From Chrysomallon squamiferum (Eukaryota; Animalia; Mollusca): 64,000 bases of DNA. Within the stretch, counting starts at the first letter, position 1. Every line of letters begins with the position of its first letter. Below the pieces are notes generated by a model. The model was not told where the DNA came from and did not search any database. It worked only from the letters and a program-made list of their open reading frames with translations. The stretch lies in contig CM022678.1 in assembly GCA_012295275.1 (NCBI GenBank), positions 18,600,001-18,664,000 on the forward strand, read 5' to 3'. The position numbers and the translations under genes were made by a program. Shown piece after piece: positions 24,931 to 40,286 of the stretch.

Positions 24931-26395
24931 AGTCATTAAAAAGATGCAGAAAAGAGCAAGAAAAAAAAAGGACACACAAAAAAAAGAATCAAAAACAGTA
25001 CTGACGCAAATACTCTGGAGTCAAATGAACATATAGATATCTGAAACCCGATGAATAAGCATATTAAGTGAATACTTTAATGACAAAATAGAATAATGCT
25101 TCTCTATATCATAGCAAAGACCGATATCGTGTGTTTTGTGTATTGTAGATATAAATATATAAACATACACACGCTCATACATCTTTACATGCATAAAGAC
25201 AGAGAGACAGCCACATAGACAGCTAGACAAATACACAGACAGATACAAATAATACATAGGGACACACAAACCCACACACATACAGATTCGTAGAAAAATA
25301 AAATATAGACGTACACACAGGTTATGAGGATGGGTGAACAAGACAACACAATGTTCAGTATCATTTTACAACTCTGTAGGTATAATATATCTGTTTCATA
25401 AATGAGATATTTATCTTTATGTCTGCTGTTTTGTTTGGTGGGAATTCCATATGTCTTAAGTAATAGCTTATTTTGTTATTTTTTATTTAGTCATACTTCT
25501 TTCAGTCTGTCATTACAAATATAGGTAGTGTGTGTGAGTGTGTGTATTTTATATTTAGTGTTATTTTTTTGTGTCTCTCTGTATGGGTCCGTATTTGTGT
25601 CTATGTGTATACGTATCTTGGTTTTTAGTGTTCTGTTTTTTTTGTCTTGAGTTATCGTGTACATTTGTATATATGTTTTGTATTATATATGTTATATGAA
25701 TATCCACATCTATTCATGACAATAAAATTAAATGTAATTTGCATCTATTTATTTTAGAAATAAGATAAGACACAGATATATATATATATATACATTACAC
25801 ACATATATAGTTAAACAGATACAGAGAGAATGAATAGATATAGATATATCAAAAGAAAAAGAAAACATCTCTTGATTCTACAGTCTCGTCTCAAACTAAA
25901 AATCAGGAGAGATAATTTTATTTTCTACTCCATCATAAAATATCGTGAGTGAATTATGGATTTATTATCTGTCCTTTGTTTCCTTTTCATCACTTCATCA
26001 TGTAACACTTCCAGCAATGTCGGACACATTTGAAATCCATTTTGTAAGTTTAGTTTTATTAATAATAATATTTAACAATCACAAGCGACGTATTCAGTTA
26101 AATATGACAAATTTAATACTTAGAAAACGAACTTTCGTTTAAAGAATATCGATATATAAACATATTTTAACTAAATATAACGTGTATAATGTACCTAATT
26201 TTGTAAAGACATTTTCAACGACGTATTAAATAGTTTAATAAGATTAAACAGATACTGAACTAAGTATAATATATTTAATATTAAAAAAACACATCTTCGT
26301 TTAATTATCTGATATTAATGTTTTGATACAGATTTCGAAGCAGGTAAGAATAAATTGATGCAAGGAAATATCAGCCGACAACTTTGTATGTGACA

Positions 26396-26706
26396 TCAAC
26401 GCAGACGGCAGAGTTGCAGAAAGACGTTAATTAGAAATAAACTGTAAAATGTGACGTCGTGTCTGAGAGAGCTGACGTGGTTAGCAGGACACGGCTCACA
26501 ATTAGCTCCTGCAGCACCTGAATAAATAGACAGATAAGTGAATGAATGAATGAATAAAAAATACACACACATATATATAATAAACAGAAATACACATTCA
26601 TAAATGTCTACACATATACGTGAATAAGTAAGTAAAATACAGTCAATATATATACATACACAGACACATATAAACACACTAATACACAGTTAATAATGAT
26701 TAATAA

Positions 26707-26737
<31 letters not shown>

Positions 26738-28883
26738 CATATATCCGTGAGGGATGTGTATATGTGTGTGCATATGTGTGTATCTCTGTGTTTGTCTTTG
26801 TGAATATGTGTGTGTATGTGTGTATGTGTGCTATTGTGTGAGTGTGTGTATGTGTGGGTGTGTGCGTGTGTGTGTGTTTGTGTGAGAGAGAGCGTGAATA
26901 TGTCAGTTACCTCGTAATTTAGTTAAAAGCGGTACAGTAGTGTTCCAAAACAAACACTGTCTGTATCGAAGTCCCTGTTGTGTTGAACTGTTCAGGTCAA
27001 GATCTAGATATTTGGTTTCTTCACCCGTAAACAGAGGCCAGTTAGTCGAGTTGGCAGCGTTATTGGGATCCCTGAAACATAATATATTATTAGTTAATAA
27101 TTTTTCTGTGTATGAAGCATATAAAAACGCACGCAAATACAAACTAACACATACTTGTAGTTACATAAAAAAATACATACATATATATGTGTGTGTGTGT
27201 ATGTGTATGAATGTTAGTGTTGTATGTGTGTGTGTGTTTGTGCATATATCGTTTGTCTGCGTATTTCTGCGTGTGTCACTTCGTGTTTATTTGTGTGCGT
27301 GTATCTGTTTTTAATGAAATCTAAGCCTAACAAGCAAATAATCAAACATATTCCTGTAATCCCATCAAAAAAACTTGTGTCTTACAAACATCAGTTATAA
27401 AAATAAGAAAAGCGACACTCACCCAGTTTTAGCAAAAGTAGTCCAGTATTTTTGTACTTGTGTACTAACAGCTTTGTCCTCCACAGTAAAGTTCAGTGAG
27501 CCATTTCGCATGTGTCCAAAAATTAACTCCAAGTCACAACTGTGTGTGACTCCCATGTATTCATAAAAAGGACAGACGGATGGTCTGTACTGAAGTGAGT
27601 ACATGAAAACCTTGTTACCCAACTTTGAATAGGAAGTGGCGAATTCTGAAGCTGGACAAATGAAACCAAAATCCGCAAACAGTTTGTCTGACAGATCGAA
27701 ATAAACCTGTCTTTGAGAAGGTACGATGGACAATTCATACTCGTTTATGATAGCAGGAACAAGGTTCAAGTCTTTCTGCATTGTTGCTGTCGCGTTGACA
27801 GCTAAAAGAAATCCTTTTCGAAATGTGGCTCTGCTGTCTGGTGTTGGAAATAAACGCCACAGGAAGAAAGAACCTTCATTTTTGTTCACTCCAATAATAA
27901 TGCTGGTGTTTTTAACGTCTCCAGACTCAAGCATTTTTCTTGGATCTGATGGGAGGAAATATCGGTCGACAACAGGAGCCCACGGAATTAGGTTTCCTAA
28001 AGTCAATGTCGATTGTTGTTTTTCAATTATACTTTGGGTACTGATGTTTGTCATACACCGAATCATGTCGACTTCTTTTTCTAAAGGACAACCCAGATCT
28101 TTCGCTAACTTCAGAGAAGTTGACTTTAGAGTAGACTGATCTACAGTAGCCCACAGTGCCTCTGAGGTCCCGCTCTGAATAATGGCGTACTGAAAGAGGT
28201 CACGTGACAGGTGAGAAAACAGATGATGATTGACAGAAGCTGCGCCTGCGCTCTCACCAAAAAGTGAAATCTTTGCAGGATTTCCTCCGAAACGTTCTAT
28301 GTTTTCATGAATCCACTTCAGTCCCAGAACCTGGTCCAGCATGCCCTGATTCCCGGGCGCTGCGTCACTTCCTGTGTAGAAGAATCCTAAAGCTCCGAGT
28401 CGATAGTTCATTGATGCCACGATGACGTCATTTTCAGCCGCTAACAAGTCTCCTTGGTACACTCCTTCACTGATAGAACCTTTAACGAAAGCGCCTCCGT
28501 ATATCCACACAAGTGTTGATAAGTTACCCGCCTGGTTAGCTGGAGTCCAGATGTTCAGGTACAAACAGTCTTCGCTGATTGCGTCCTTTAAACTCGGTCT
28601 CAGAGACAAATCTTGCATGCAGGAATTTTTCGGAGTTGTAGCATTCAGGACTTCCTCGCCCCAGGCCACTGCAGGCTCTGGTCGCTTGAAACGAAGATCA
28701 CCTAGCGGTGGTTTGGCGAAGGGAATTCCATAGAACGTGTTGATGGTTTTATCCAGAACTGTCTGCTGTATCCCTTCAACTTTGACCGAGTGTTGTGTTC
28801 ACTACTGGTTTTGTTGCTGATATTTCTGCGACGAAGGAAAGGAAGAGTATTCCTCTCACACATAACTTGATTATCAGTGCCAT
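26396..28883 (-). CDS. Cholinesterase-like carboxylesterase copy 2; +1 frameshift near codon 34 (pseudogene or assembly error)
   Basis: Exons 28883-27423 (1461 nt vs 1460 in copies 3, 5 and 7), 27071-26911, 26517-26396. Extra T at 28781-28783. Otherwise intact triad (GESAG/NKNEG/GVTH) and tail. Confidence 0.8.
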
Positions 28884-28940
28884 ATTTTAATCTGAAAAGA
28901 AGTCAATAAAATAAAATGGGAGAATGGGAGAGGTAGACTT

Positions 28941-29071
<131 letters not shown>

Positions 29072-31696
29072 TTGTAACTGAGATATTCTGTGATTGAAGT
29101 CAGAGAGACAGACAGGTAAATCTGTATATACAGGAAACTGAGAAAGAAATAGAGACAGTGAAAGAGAGAAACAAAAACAGACACATAGACAAAGATTTTT
29201 TATTGAGAAAATAATCCAAAATCAATTGAAATGAAAGAAAGTCAAAGATTTAGTTTATAAAGAATGATCTACTTTGGTTAATGCCGATACTAATAAAATG
29301 ATTACAAAATTCCAAAAACTTATATAAATTTTAAATTCTCAATATAAAAATGAAAAATAAATGTTTACTATACGTTTAATTCTATACTAATTTGTCTAGA
29401 AGAGGGTTGGACATCCTTTGGAAAGTTAACCCCAAACTCACCTTAAGTCACTGAACTCTACGTCCATGTTTTTCTCCCACAACCACGTCCCAACTAACTT
29501 CAATCACTTTCATTTGAAGCAATATGGACATGAATTAGAGAAAGAAGCTTCTCTAATGGTTTATTATTATTTATTTTTTCATCATTCTAGCTTATTAGTT
29601 CTCTTCGAGTTTCTTAAGAGTTTTTGAATAAAGAAACGCCATTTTCAGTTATATGAAAGTTCATATATATATTTATTATATGTTACAGAATTGTTATTTA
29701 TGCTCATATCAAATATAATGTATTCAACTAGTATTGATGTATATGACGAATAGAATGACTTGTTAAACACTAATCAAACTCAGAAAAAAAAGAAAAAAAA
29801 CAACATTCCAACACATAAGAAATATCAGATACAAACAAGTTTCGTACCAGAGAGCTTCACTTGATACCGGAGTGAGATAATTTTTCTGTCAAAGTTTGAC
29901 TGAATCTGATGTGCACACTTAAAAATTATTCCAACCACTGTCCTAGAACAAATTTAAAGTGTCCACATACTAAACTTTTCAGCACTTACCTGTCACAAGA
30001 AATAACTTCTATCAAGAAGCAAAGACAAAAGTTAAGAACCGACGTATACAGCTACGGATATTTTCTTTGTTGTGGTATTAAAATGTTCGTGTAACCCGTA
30101 TACTTCTCATAGTGACGCAGCAAAAAGTCATTAAAAAGAAGAAAAAAGCAGAAGAAAAAAACAACACAGATGTAAAAAACACTTCTGACCTAAATACTCT
30201 AGAGTCAAATGAACAGATTGATATCTGTCCCCGGATGAATAAGCCTATTACGTGAATAGTTTAGTGACAAAAATATATTAATGCTTCTCTATATCATAGC
30301 AGAGACCGATATCGTGTGTTTTGTGTATTGCAGATATAAATGTATAAACATACACAGGCTCATACATATATACATGCATAAAGACAGAGGATCAGGCGTA
30401 TACACAGATAGACAGAAAGATAGCTACACATACAAAAACATACACAGACAAACCCACGCACATACAAATTCGTAGATAAATAATATATAGACGTATACGC
30501 AGGTTACGAGGATGGCTGAACAAGACAACACAATGCTCAGTATCATTTTACAACTCTGTAGGTATAACATGACGGTTTCATAAATGAGATATTTATCTTT
30601 ATGTCTCCTGTCCTGGTTTCTTTTGAGCAAATTCCAGACGTCTTAAGTAATAGCTTATTTTGTTATTCTTTATTTAGTCATACTACTTTCACTCTGTCAT
30701 TACAAATATAGGCGGGTGTGAGTGAGTATTTGTGTATGTATCTATGTTTATTTGTCTATGTGTGTCTCTGTACGGGTGCGTATTTGTCTCTATGTGTATA
30801 AGTGTATCTTCGTTTCTGTGTTAGTGTCTGTTTTTTCTGTCTTAACGTGTATCGGTACATTTGTGTGTATGTCCACTTTCCTGTCTGGTATATCTATGTT
30901 AATGAATATCCACATCTATTCATGACAATAAAATTAAATGTAATATGCATCTATTTATTTTTAGAAAAACGCAGAAACAGATATATATAAATATATATGT
31001 ATATATATATGCATACATAGTTAGACAGACAGAGAGGGAGACATGAATAGATATATAGATATATCAAAGAGAAACAAGAAACATCTCTTATCCTACAGTC
31101 TCGTCTCAAACTAAAAATCAGGTTAGATCATTTGTTTTTCTTCTCCATCATAAAATATCGTGTGTGAATTATGGATTTATTATCTGTTATGTGTTTTTCT
31201 TTCATAACTTCCTCATGTAATATTTTCTAGAATGTCGCACACATTTGAGATCCATTTTCTAAGTTTAGTTTTGTGAATAATAATACTAAACATTCACAAG
31301 CGACGTATTCAGTTAAATATAACATGTTTAATACTTAGAAAACGAACTTTCAGTAAAGCATATCGATATATAAACATATTTTAACTAAAGATAACGTGTA
31401 TACTGTACTAAATTTTGCTAAAAATGTTTCCAACGACGTATTAAATGTTTTAAGAAGATTAAACAGATACTGAACTTAGTATAATATATTTAATATTCAA
31501 AAAACACATCTTCATCTAATTATCTCATATTTAATGTTTTTAAATATATTTCAGACCAGGTCAGAATAAACTGATGCAAGGAAATATCAGCCGACAACAT
31601 TGTCTGTGACATCAACGCAGACGGCAGAGTTGGAGAAAGACATTAATAGGAAATAAACTGTAAAATGTGGCGTCGTGTCTGAGAGCGCTGACGTGG

Positions 31697-33974
31697 TTAG
31701 CTGGACGCGTTACAAATACCGAGTGCAACACCTGAATAAATAGACAGATAAGTGAATGAATGAATGAATAACAAATACAAACACCTGTATAAATACAGAG
31801 AAACACATTCATAAATGGCTATATATATATAAGTGAATTAGTAAGTAAACTACTGTCAATATATACATACACAGAAACATATACACACGTTAATACACAG
31901 TTAATAATAATAAATAAATTACACACACATGTATATATGTGTGTGTTGTGTATATATATATCAGTGCTTGTGTGTGTGTGTTGTGTGTTTACTATGTGAG
32001 TGTGTGTGTGTGTGTGTGTGAGAGCGTGAGTGTGTCAGTTACCTAGTAATTTAGTTAAAAGCGGTACAGTAGTGTTCCAAAAGAAACACTGTCTGTATCG
32101 AAGTCCCTTTTGAGTTGAACTGTTCAGGTCAAGATCTAGATATTTGGTTTCTTCTCTCGTGAACAGAGGCCAGTTAGTCGAGTCAACAGCGTTATTGGGA
32201 TCTCTGCAAAGTAATATATTAATTCATTAAATTCTTTCCTTTATGTAGCATAAAAAAACGCACACAAATACATAAAAACACATACGTGTAAGTACATACA
32301 GAAATACATACATATATATGTGTGAGTGTGTGCATATGTCGTTTGTGCCTGTGTTTCTTCGTGTCTGGCTCTGTGGGTTTCTGTGTGTGCGTGTATCTGT
32401 TTTTAATAAAATCTAAGCCTAACAAGCAAATGATTAAAAATATTCCTTTAATCTCATCAAAACAACTTGTGTCTTACAAGCATTCATTATAAAAACAAAC
32501 AAAGCCATACTCACCCAGTTTTAGCAAAACTCGTCCAGTATTTTCTTACTTGTGTACTAACAGTTTCATCCTCTGTAGTAAACTTGAATGAATCGCTTCG
32601 AGTGTGTCCAAAAACTAACTCCAGGTCACAAGTGTGTGTGACTCCCATGTATTCAGCATAGGGACAGACGGATGGTCTGTACTGAAGTGAGTACATGAAA
32701 ACCTTGTTACCCAACTTTGAATACGCTGTCGCAAATTCTGAAGCTGGACAAATGAAAGCAAAATCCGCAAACAGTTTGTCTGACAGATCAAAATAGTCCT
32801 GTCTTTGAGAAGGTACCATGGACATTTCATACTCGTTTATGATAGCAGGAAAAAGAAACATGTCTCTCAGAAGAGTTGCTGTCGCGTACACAGCTACAAG
32901 AAATCCTTCTCGAAATGTATTTCTGTTGTCTGACTGTAAAAATACAGGACGTATGAAGAAAGAACCTTCATTTTTGTTCACTCCAATAATAATGCTGGTG
33001 TTTTTAACGTCTCCAGACTCAAGCATTTTTCTTGGATCTGATGGGAGGAAATATCGGTCGACAACAGGAGCCCACGGAGTTGGGTTTTCTAAAGCTAATG
33101 TCAATTGTTGTTTTTCAATTATACTTTGGGGACTGATATTTTTCATACACCGAATCATGTCGACTTCTTTTTCTGAGGGACAACCCAGATCTTTCGCTAA
33201 CTTCAGAGAAGTTGACTTTATAGTAGACTGATCTACAGTAGCCCACAGTGCCTCTGAGGTCCCGCTCTGAATAATGGCGTACTGAAAGAGATCACGCGAA
33301 AGGTGAGAAAACAGATGATGGTTGACAGAAGCTGCGCCTGCGCTCTGACCAAAAAGTGAAATCTTTGCAGGATTTCCTCCGAAACGTTCTATGTTTTCAT
33401 GAATCCACTTCAGTCCCAGAACCTGGTCCAGCATGCCCTGATTCCCGGGCGCTGCGTCACTTCCTGTGTAGAAGAATCCTAAAGCTCCGAGTCGATAGTT
33501 GATTGATGCCACGATGACGTCATTTTCAGCCGCTAACAAGTCTCCTTGGTACACTCCTTCATTGATAGAACCTCTAGTGAAAGCGCCTCCGTGTATCCAT
33601 ACAAGAGTTGATAAATTATCGCCCTTGTTACCTGGAGTCCAGATGTTCAGGTACAAACAGTCTTCGCTGATTGTGTCCTTTAAACCCGGTGTGGCAGACA
33701 GATCTTGCATGCAGGACTTTTTCGGAGTTCGCGCATTCTTGACTTCCTCGCCCCAGGCCACCGCAGGCTCTGGTCTCTTGAAACGAAGATCACCTAGCGG
33801 TGGTTTGGCGAAGGGAATTCCATAGAACGTGTTGATGGTTTTACCCAGAACTGTCTTCTGTATCCCTTCAACCTTACCGTGTGTTGTGTTCACTACTGGA
33901 TTTCTTATTGATATTTCTGTGATAAACGTTAGGTAGAGTAATCCTCTCAGAAATATCTTGATTATCAGTGCCAT
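31697..33974 (-). CDS. Cholinesterase-like carboxylesterase copy 3, ~551 aa, GQSAG, tail-less (predicted secreted)
   Basis: Exons 33974-32515, 32203-32043, 31731-31697. A 2-nt deletion in exon 3 gives GVALGICNASS-stop before the hydrophobic tail. Confidence 0.88.
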
Positions 33975-34042
33975 ATTTTAGTCTGAAGAGAACGGAAATA
34001 AAATGAAACACTAGATTGGAAAATATAGAAGTAGAGAGAGAC

Positions 34043-34194
<152 letters not shown>

Positions 34195-36381
34195 AATTGC
34201 TATGGTAAGTGAGATAGTGTTTCAATGAAATCAGACAGATAGACAGATATATATATATATATATGGAAACTGAGAAAGGAAATAGAGACAGCGAGAGAGA
34301 CAAACAGAAGGAGAGAGATAGACTGAGAAAGATTTTTTATTCACAAAAAAGCCAAAATGTATTGAAATGAAAGAAAGGCAAAGATTTACTGTATAAAGAA
34401 TGATATACTTTGGTTAAATCCGATAGTAATAAAATTATTACAAAATTCCAAAAACGTATCGAAATTGTAAATTCTCAATAGAAAAATGAAAAATAAATGT
34501 TTACTGTATATTTATTTCTATACCAGTTTCTTTGGAAATATTATCCCAAACTCATATTAAGTCACTGAACTTTACGTCCGTGTTTTTCTCTGACAACCGC
34601 GTCCCAACTAACTTCTCTCACTTTCGTTTGAAGGAACATGGATATGCATTAGAGAAATTAGCTTCTCTAAAAGTTTATTGTTATTGATTTGTTCATTAGT
34701 TTAGTTTATGGCAATTAGAAATATTTGTTAAGCAGTAATCAAATTTAAAAAAAAAACAAAAAAAAAAAAAAAAACAACAAACAAAAAAAAAACATAGAAC
34801 ATTCCAACACTTGAGAAATATCAAAGAACAAGAAGTTTCGTACCTGACAGCTTCGTCTGATACCGGAGAGAGATAATTTTTCTATCAAAGTTTTGCTGAT
34901 TCTGATGTGCACAATTAAAGATTATTCCAACCACTCTCCTAGAACAAATTTAAAGTGTCCACATACTAAACTTTTCAGCACTTACTTGTCACACAATATA
35001 ATTTCTATCAACAAGCAAAGACAAAAATTAAGAAGCGACGTATACACCTACTGATATTTTCTCTGTTGTGGTATAGAAATGTTCGTGTAACCCGTGTACT
35101 TCTCTTACAGTGATTGAAAAGAAGAAAAAAAGCAGAAGCAAAAAACAACACAGATATGAAAAAAACTTCTGACCTAAATACTCTAGAGTCAAATGAACAG
35201 ATTGATATCTGTCCCCCTTTGAATACGTATTTTAAGTGATTACTTTACTGACAAAAATAGATTAATGTTTCTGTATATCATAGCAAAGACCGATACTGTT
35301 TTTTTTTTTTTTCTATTGTAGAAATAAATATACACAGGCTCATACATATATACATGCATAAAGACAGAGAGAAATTCATTTAGACTGATAGACAGAAAGA
35401 TAGCTACACATACAAACACATACACACACAAACCCACACACATACAGATTCGTACAAAAATAATATATAGACGTACAGACAGGTTATGAGGATTGGTGAA
35501 CAAGACAACACAATGCTCAGTATCATTTTACAACTCTGTAGGTATAACATGACGGTTTCATAAATGAGATATTTATCTTTATGTCTCCTGTGCTGTTTTG
35601 TTTGGCGCAGTTCCAGACGTCTTAAGTAATAGTTTATTTTGTTATACTTTATTTCGTCATACTTCTTTCAGTCTGTCATTACAAATGTATGCGGGTGTGA
35701 TTGTATATCTGAGTGTTTATTTGTATGTGTATCTGTGTATGGGTCCGCATTTGTGTCTATTTGCATATGTGTATCTGCATTTATGTGTTCGTGTCTGTTT
35801 TTGCTGCGTTAACGTGTATGGCTACATGTGTCTCTATGTGTATGATCTTGTCTGTATGTCTGTGTTAATGAGTATTCACGTATATTCATGACATTAAAAA
35901 TAATTGTAAATTGCATCCATTTATTTTTAGAAATACGGTTAAACACAGATATATACACACACACACACACATACACAGACAGATGCAGAAGGAGAACTGA
36001 GTAGATATAGATGTATCAAAGAGAAACAATAAAGATCTCTGATTCTAAAGTCTCGTCTCAAACTAAAAATCAGGTGACATGATTTGTTTTTCTTCTCCAT
36101 CATAAAATATCGTGTGTGAATTATGGATTTATTATCTGTCCTGTATTTCGTTTTCATCATTTCATCATGTAAGTATTTCCAGCAATGTCCGACACATTTT
36201 CAACGACGTATTAAATGATTTAATAAGATTAAACAGATACTGAACTGAGTATAATTTAGTTAATATTCACAAAACACATCTTTTTTTAATTATCTGAAAT
36301 TTAATGTTTTTATAAAGATTTCAAAGCACGTAAAAATAAACTGATGCCTGTAAATACCAGAAGACAACTTTGTATTTGACA

Positions 36382-36572
36382 TCAACGCAGACGGCAGAGT
36401 TGGAGAAAGACGTTAATAAGAAATAAACTGTAAAATGTGACGTCGTGTCTGAGAGCGCTGACGTGGTTAGCAGGAGATGGCTCACAATTAGCTCGTGCAG
36501 CACCTAAATAAATAGACAGATAAGTGAATGAATGAATGATTAAACAGATATACAAATACATGCCTATGTATT

Positions 36573-36618
<46 letters not shown>

Positions 36619-37015
36619 TATATATATATATACATACATATATGCATGCATACATACATACATATATACATACATACACACACACAATACACACATACAT
36701 ACACAGTAAATAAACCACTGTCAGTATTCATTATATATGTATATGTGTGTGTGTATGTGTGTGTGTGAGTGTGTCAGTTATCTCGTAATTTAATTAAAAG
36801 CGGTACAGTAGTGTTCCAAAACAAACACTGTCTGTATCGAAGTCCCTGTTGAGTTGAACTGTTCAGGTCAAGATCTAGATATTTGGTTTCTTCACCCGTG
36901 AACAGAGGCCAGTTAGTCGAGTTGGCAGCGTTATTGGGATCTCTGAAACATAATATATTATTAACTAGCTTCTTATCTGTATGAAGCATAATACACATAA
37001 ACATAGCTATATACA

Positions 37016-37066
<51 letters not shown>

Positions 37067-38615
37067 TCTCTCTCTTTCTCGCTCTCTGTATGTATGCATA
37101 GCATGCTTAAAAATAAATATACGTATATGTCTGTATGTGTGTATATATGTATGTATGTGTGCCTGCGGGAGAGATAGAAGTAGAGAGAGAGACAGACAGA
37201 GAGAGAGACAGAGAGAGACAGCTGAGTGCTACAGTAAGATTGATAGTGTTTGTAAGTTTCAGTATATTAATGTGAATGTGTTGAACAAAATTCTGAGCCT
37301 GACCAATAAATGATTATAAAAAATATCCGTGTACAGAATAAAATTCCAATCGTACAAATGTCAATAATGAATTTCCTCCTTGATTTATTAAATATAAATA
37401 AAACGACACTCACCCAGTTTTAGAAAAAATTGTAGAGTATTTTTGTATTTGTGTACTAACAGTTTTGTCCTCCACAGTAAAATTCAGTGAGTCATTTCGC
37501 ATGTGTCCAAAAACTAACTCCAAGTAACAACTGTGAGCGACTCCCATGTATTCAGCATAGGGACAGACGGATGGTCTGTACTGAAGTGAGTACATGAAAA
37601 CCTTGTTACCAAACTTTGAATACGGCGACTCAGATAATAATGCTGGTGTTTTTAACGTCTCCAGCCTCAAGCATTTTTGTCGGATCTGATTTGAGGAAAT
37701 ATCGGTCGACAACAGGAGCCCACGGAGTTGGGATTCTTAAAGCTAATGTCAATTGTTGTTTTTCAGTTATACTTCGGGTATAATATTTGTCATACACCGA
37801 ACCATGTTGACTTCTTTTCCTGAGGGACAATCCAGATATTTCGCTAACTTCAGAGAAGTTGACTTTATAGTAGACGGATCTACAGTAGCCCACAGTGCCT
37901 CTGAGGTCCCGCTCTGAATAATGGCGTACTGAAAGAGGTCACGTGACAGGTGAGAAAACAGATGATGATTGACTGATGCTGCGCCTGCGCTTCCACCAAA
38001 AAGTGAAATCTTTGCAGGATTTCCTCCGAAACGTTCTATATTTTCATGAATCCACTTCAGTCCCAGAACCTGGTCCAGCATGCCCTGATTCCCGGGCGCT
38101 GCGTCACTTCCTGTGTAGAAGAATCAGAAAGCTCCGATTCGATAGTTCATTGATGCCATCATGACGTCATTTTCAGCCGTTAACAAGTCTCCTTGGTACA
38201 CTCCTTCACTGATAGAACCTTTAACGAAAGCGCCTCCGTATATCCACACAAGTGTTGAAAGGTTACCGGCCTGGTCAGCTGGAGTCCAGATGTTCAGGTA
38301 CAAACAGTCTTCGCTGATTGTGTCCTTTAAACTCGGTTTGAGAGACAGATCTTGCACACAGGAATTTTTCGGAGTTGTAGCATTCTTGACTTCCTCGCCC
38401 CAGGCCACTGCAGGCTCTGGTCGCTTGAAACGAAGATCACCTAGCGGTGGTTTGGCGAAGGGAATTCCATAGAACGTGTTGATGGTTTTACCTAGAACTG
38501 TCTGCTGTATCCCTTCAACTTGACCGAGTGTTGTGTTCACTACTGGTTTTGTTATTGATATTTCTGCGACGAAGGAAAGGAAGAGTAATCCTCTCATACG
38601 TTGCTTGATTATCAT
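36382..38615 (-). pseudogene. Carboxylesterase copy 4, decayed pseudogene
   Basis: Exon 1 is broken into four ORF pieces (38124-38615, 37767-38081, 37630-37893, 37410-37712). An internal deletion joins TSIII to SESPYSKFGNK and removes the catalytic Glu region. The exon-2 donor is GT>AT at 36781. The upstream non-coding-exon block present in other units is missing near 39250. Confidence 0.9.
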
Positions 38616-38701
38616 ATTTTAATTTGATAAAAGAAATCAAATAAAATGAATTAGGAAAATGTGAGAGGTGGACTTAAAGAAAGAGAGAGAGGTAGACTTA
38701 C

Positions 38702-38781
<80 letters not shown>

Positions 38782-38833
38782 GACTGCTATAGTAAGTGAT
38801 ATTGTGAGTGAGAGAATTCAGACAGAGAGACAG

Positions 38834-38864
<31 letters not shown>

Positions 38865-40286
38865 ATGGAAACTGAGAAAGAAATAAAGACAGTGAGAGAG
38901 AGAAGCAAAAAGGGACAGATAGACAGAGAAAGATGTTTTGTTGATAAACGAAGCCAAAATCTGTTGAAATGAAAGAATAGGCAGAGATTTTGTGTATAAA
39001 GAATCAATTTGTTTGGTTCACGCCGATACTAATAAAATGTTTATAAAATTCCGAAAATGGATCCATATTGTGAATTTTCAATATAAAATTGACAAAAAAA
39101 AAAATATACTGATTGTTTAATTATATACTAATTTCCATAGAAAAGGGTTGTACAACCTTTGGAAAGCTAACCCCAAATTAGCCTCATATATAAATATATA
39201 TATATATGACTATGACATTTTGTATCTGCATTCTCCACATTACAGAAATATTACAGACAACACAATGCTCAGTATCATTTTACAACTCTGTAGGTATAAT
39301 ATATCGCTTTCATCGATGAGATATTTATCTTTATGTCTCCTGTGCTGTTTTATTTGGTGGAAATTCCAGACGTCTTAAGTAATAGCTTATTTTGTTATTC
39401 TTTATTTAGTCATACTTCTTTCAGTTTGTCATTACAAATGTATGCGGGTGTGAGTGTGTATTTGAGTCTATATCTTTATGTCTATTTGGATTTATGTGTT
39501 CGTGTCTGTTTTTTCTGTGTTATCATGTATTACTATATATGTATGTGTATTTGTGTGTATCTGTGTTTGTGAGTACGCACGTCTATTCACGACAACAAAA
39601 TTAAATGTAATTTGCATCTATTTATTTTTAGAAATACAGTCAGACACAGATATATATACACATACATACTTAGACAGATGCAGAGAGAGAAATAGATATA
39701 GATATCTCAAAGAGACAAAAGAAAGATCTCTGATTCTACAGTCTCGTCTCAAACTAAAAATCAGGTGAGATCATTTGTTTTTCTTCTCCATTATAAAATA
39801 TCGTGTGTGAATTATGGATTTGTCATCTGTCGTTTGTTTCGTTTTCATCACTTCATCATGTAATATTTCCAACAATGTCGGAGACATTTCAGATCCACTT
39901 TGTCAGTTCAGTTTTCTTAATAATAATACTTAACATTCACAGCATCTGAATATGACAAATTAAACACATAGAAAATGAACTTTGAGTTAAGGATATCGAT
40001 ATATAAACATATTTTAACTAAATATAACGGATATAAGGTACTAAATTTTGTGAAAGACATTTTCAACGACGTATTAAATGGATTAATAAGATAAAACAGA
40101 TACTGCAATAAGTATTATATAGTTAGTATTCACAAAACACATCTTCACCTAATTATCTCATATTTAATGATTTCATACAGATTTCGAAGCAGGTCAGAAG
40201 AAATTGATGCAAGGAAATATCAGCCGACAACTTTGTATGTGACATCAACGCAGACGACAGAGTTGGAGAAAGACGTTAATTAGAAA

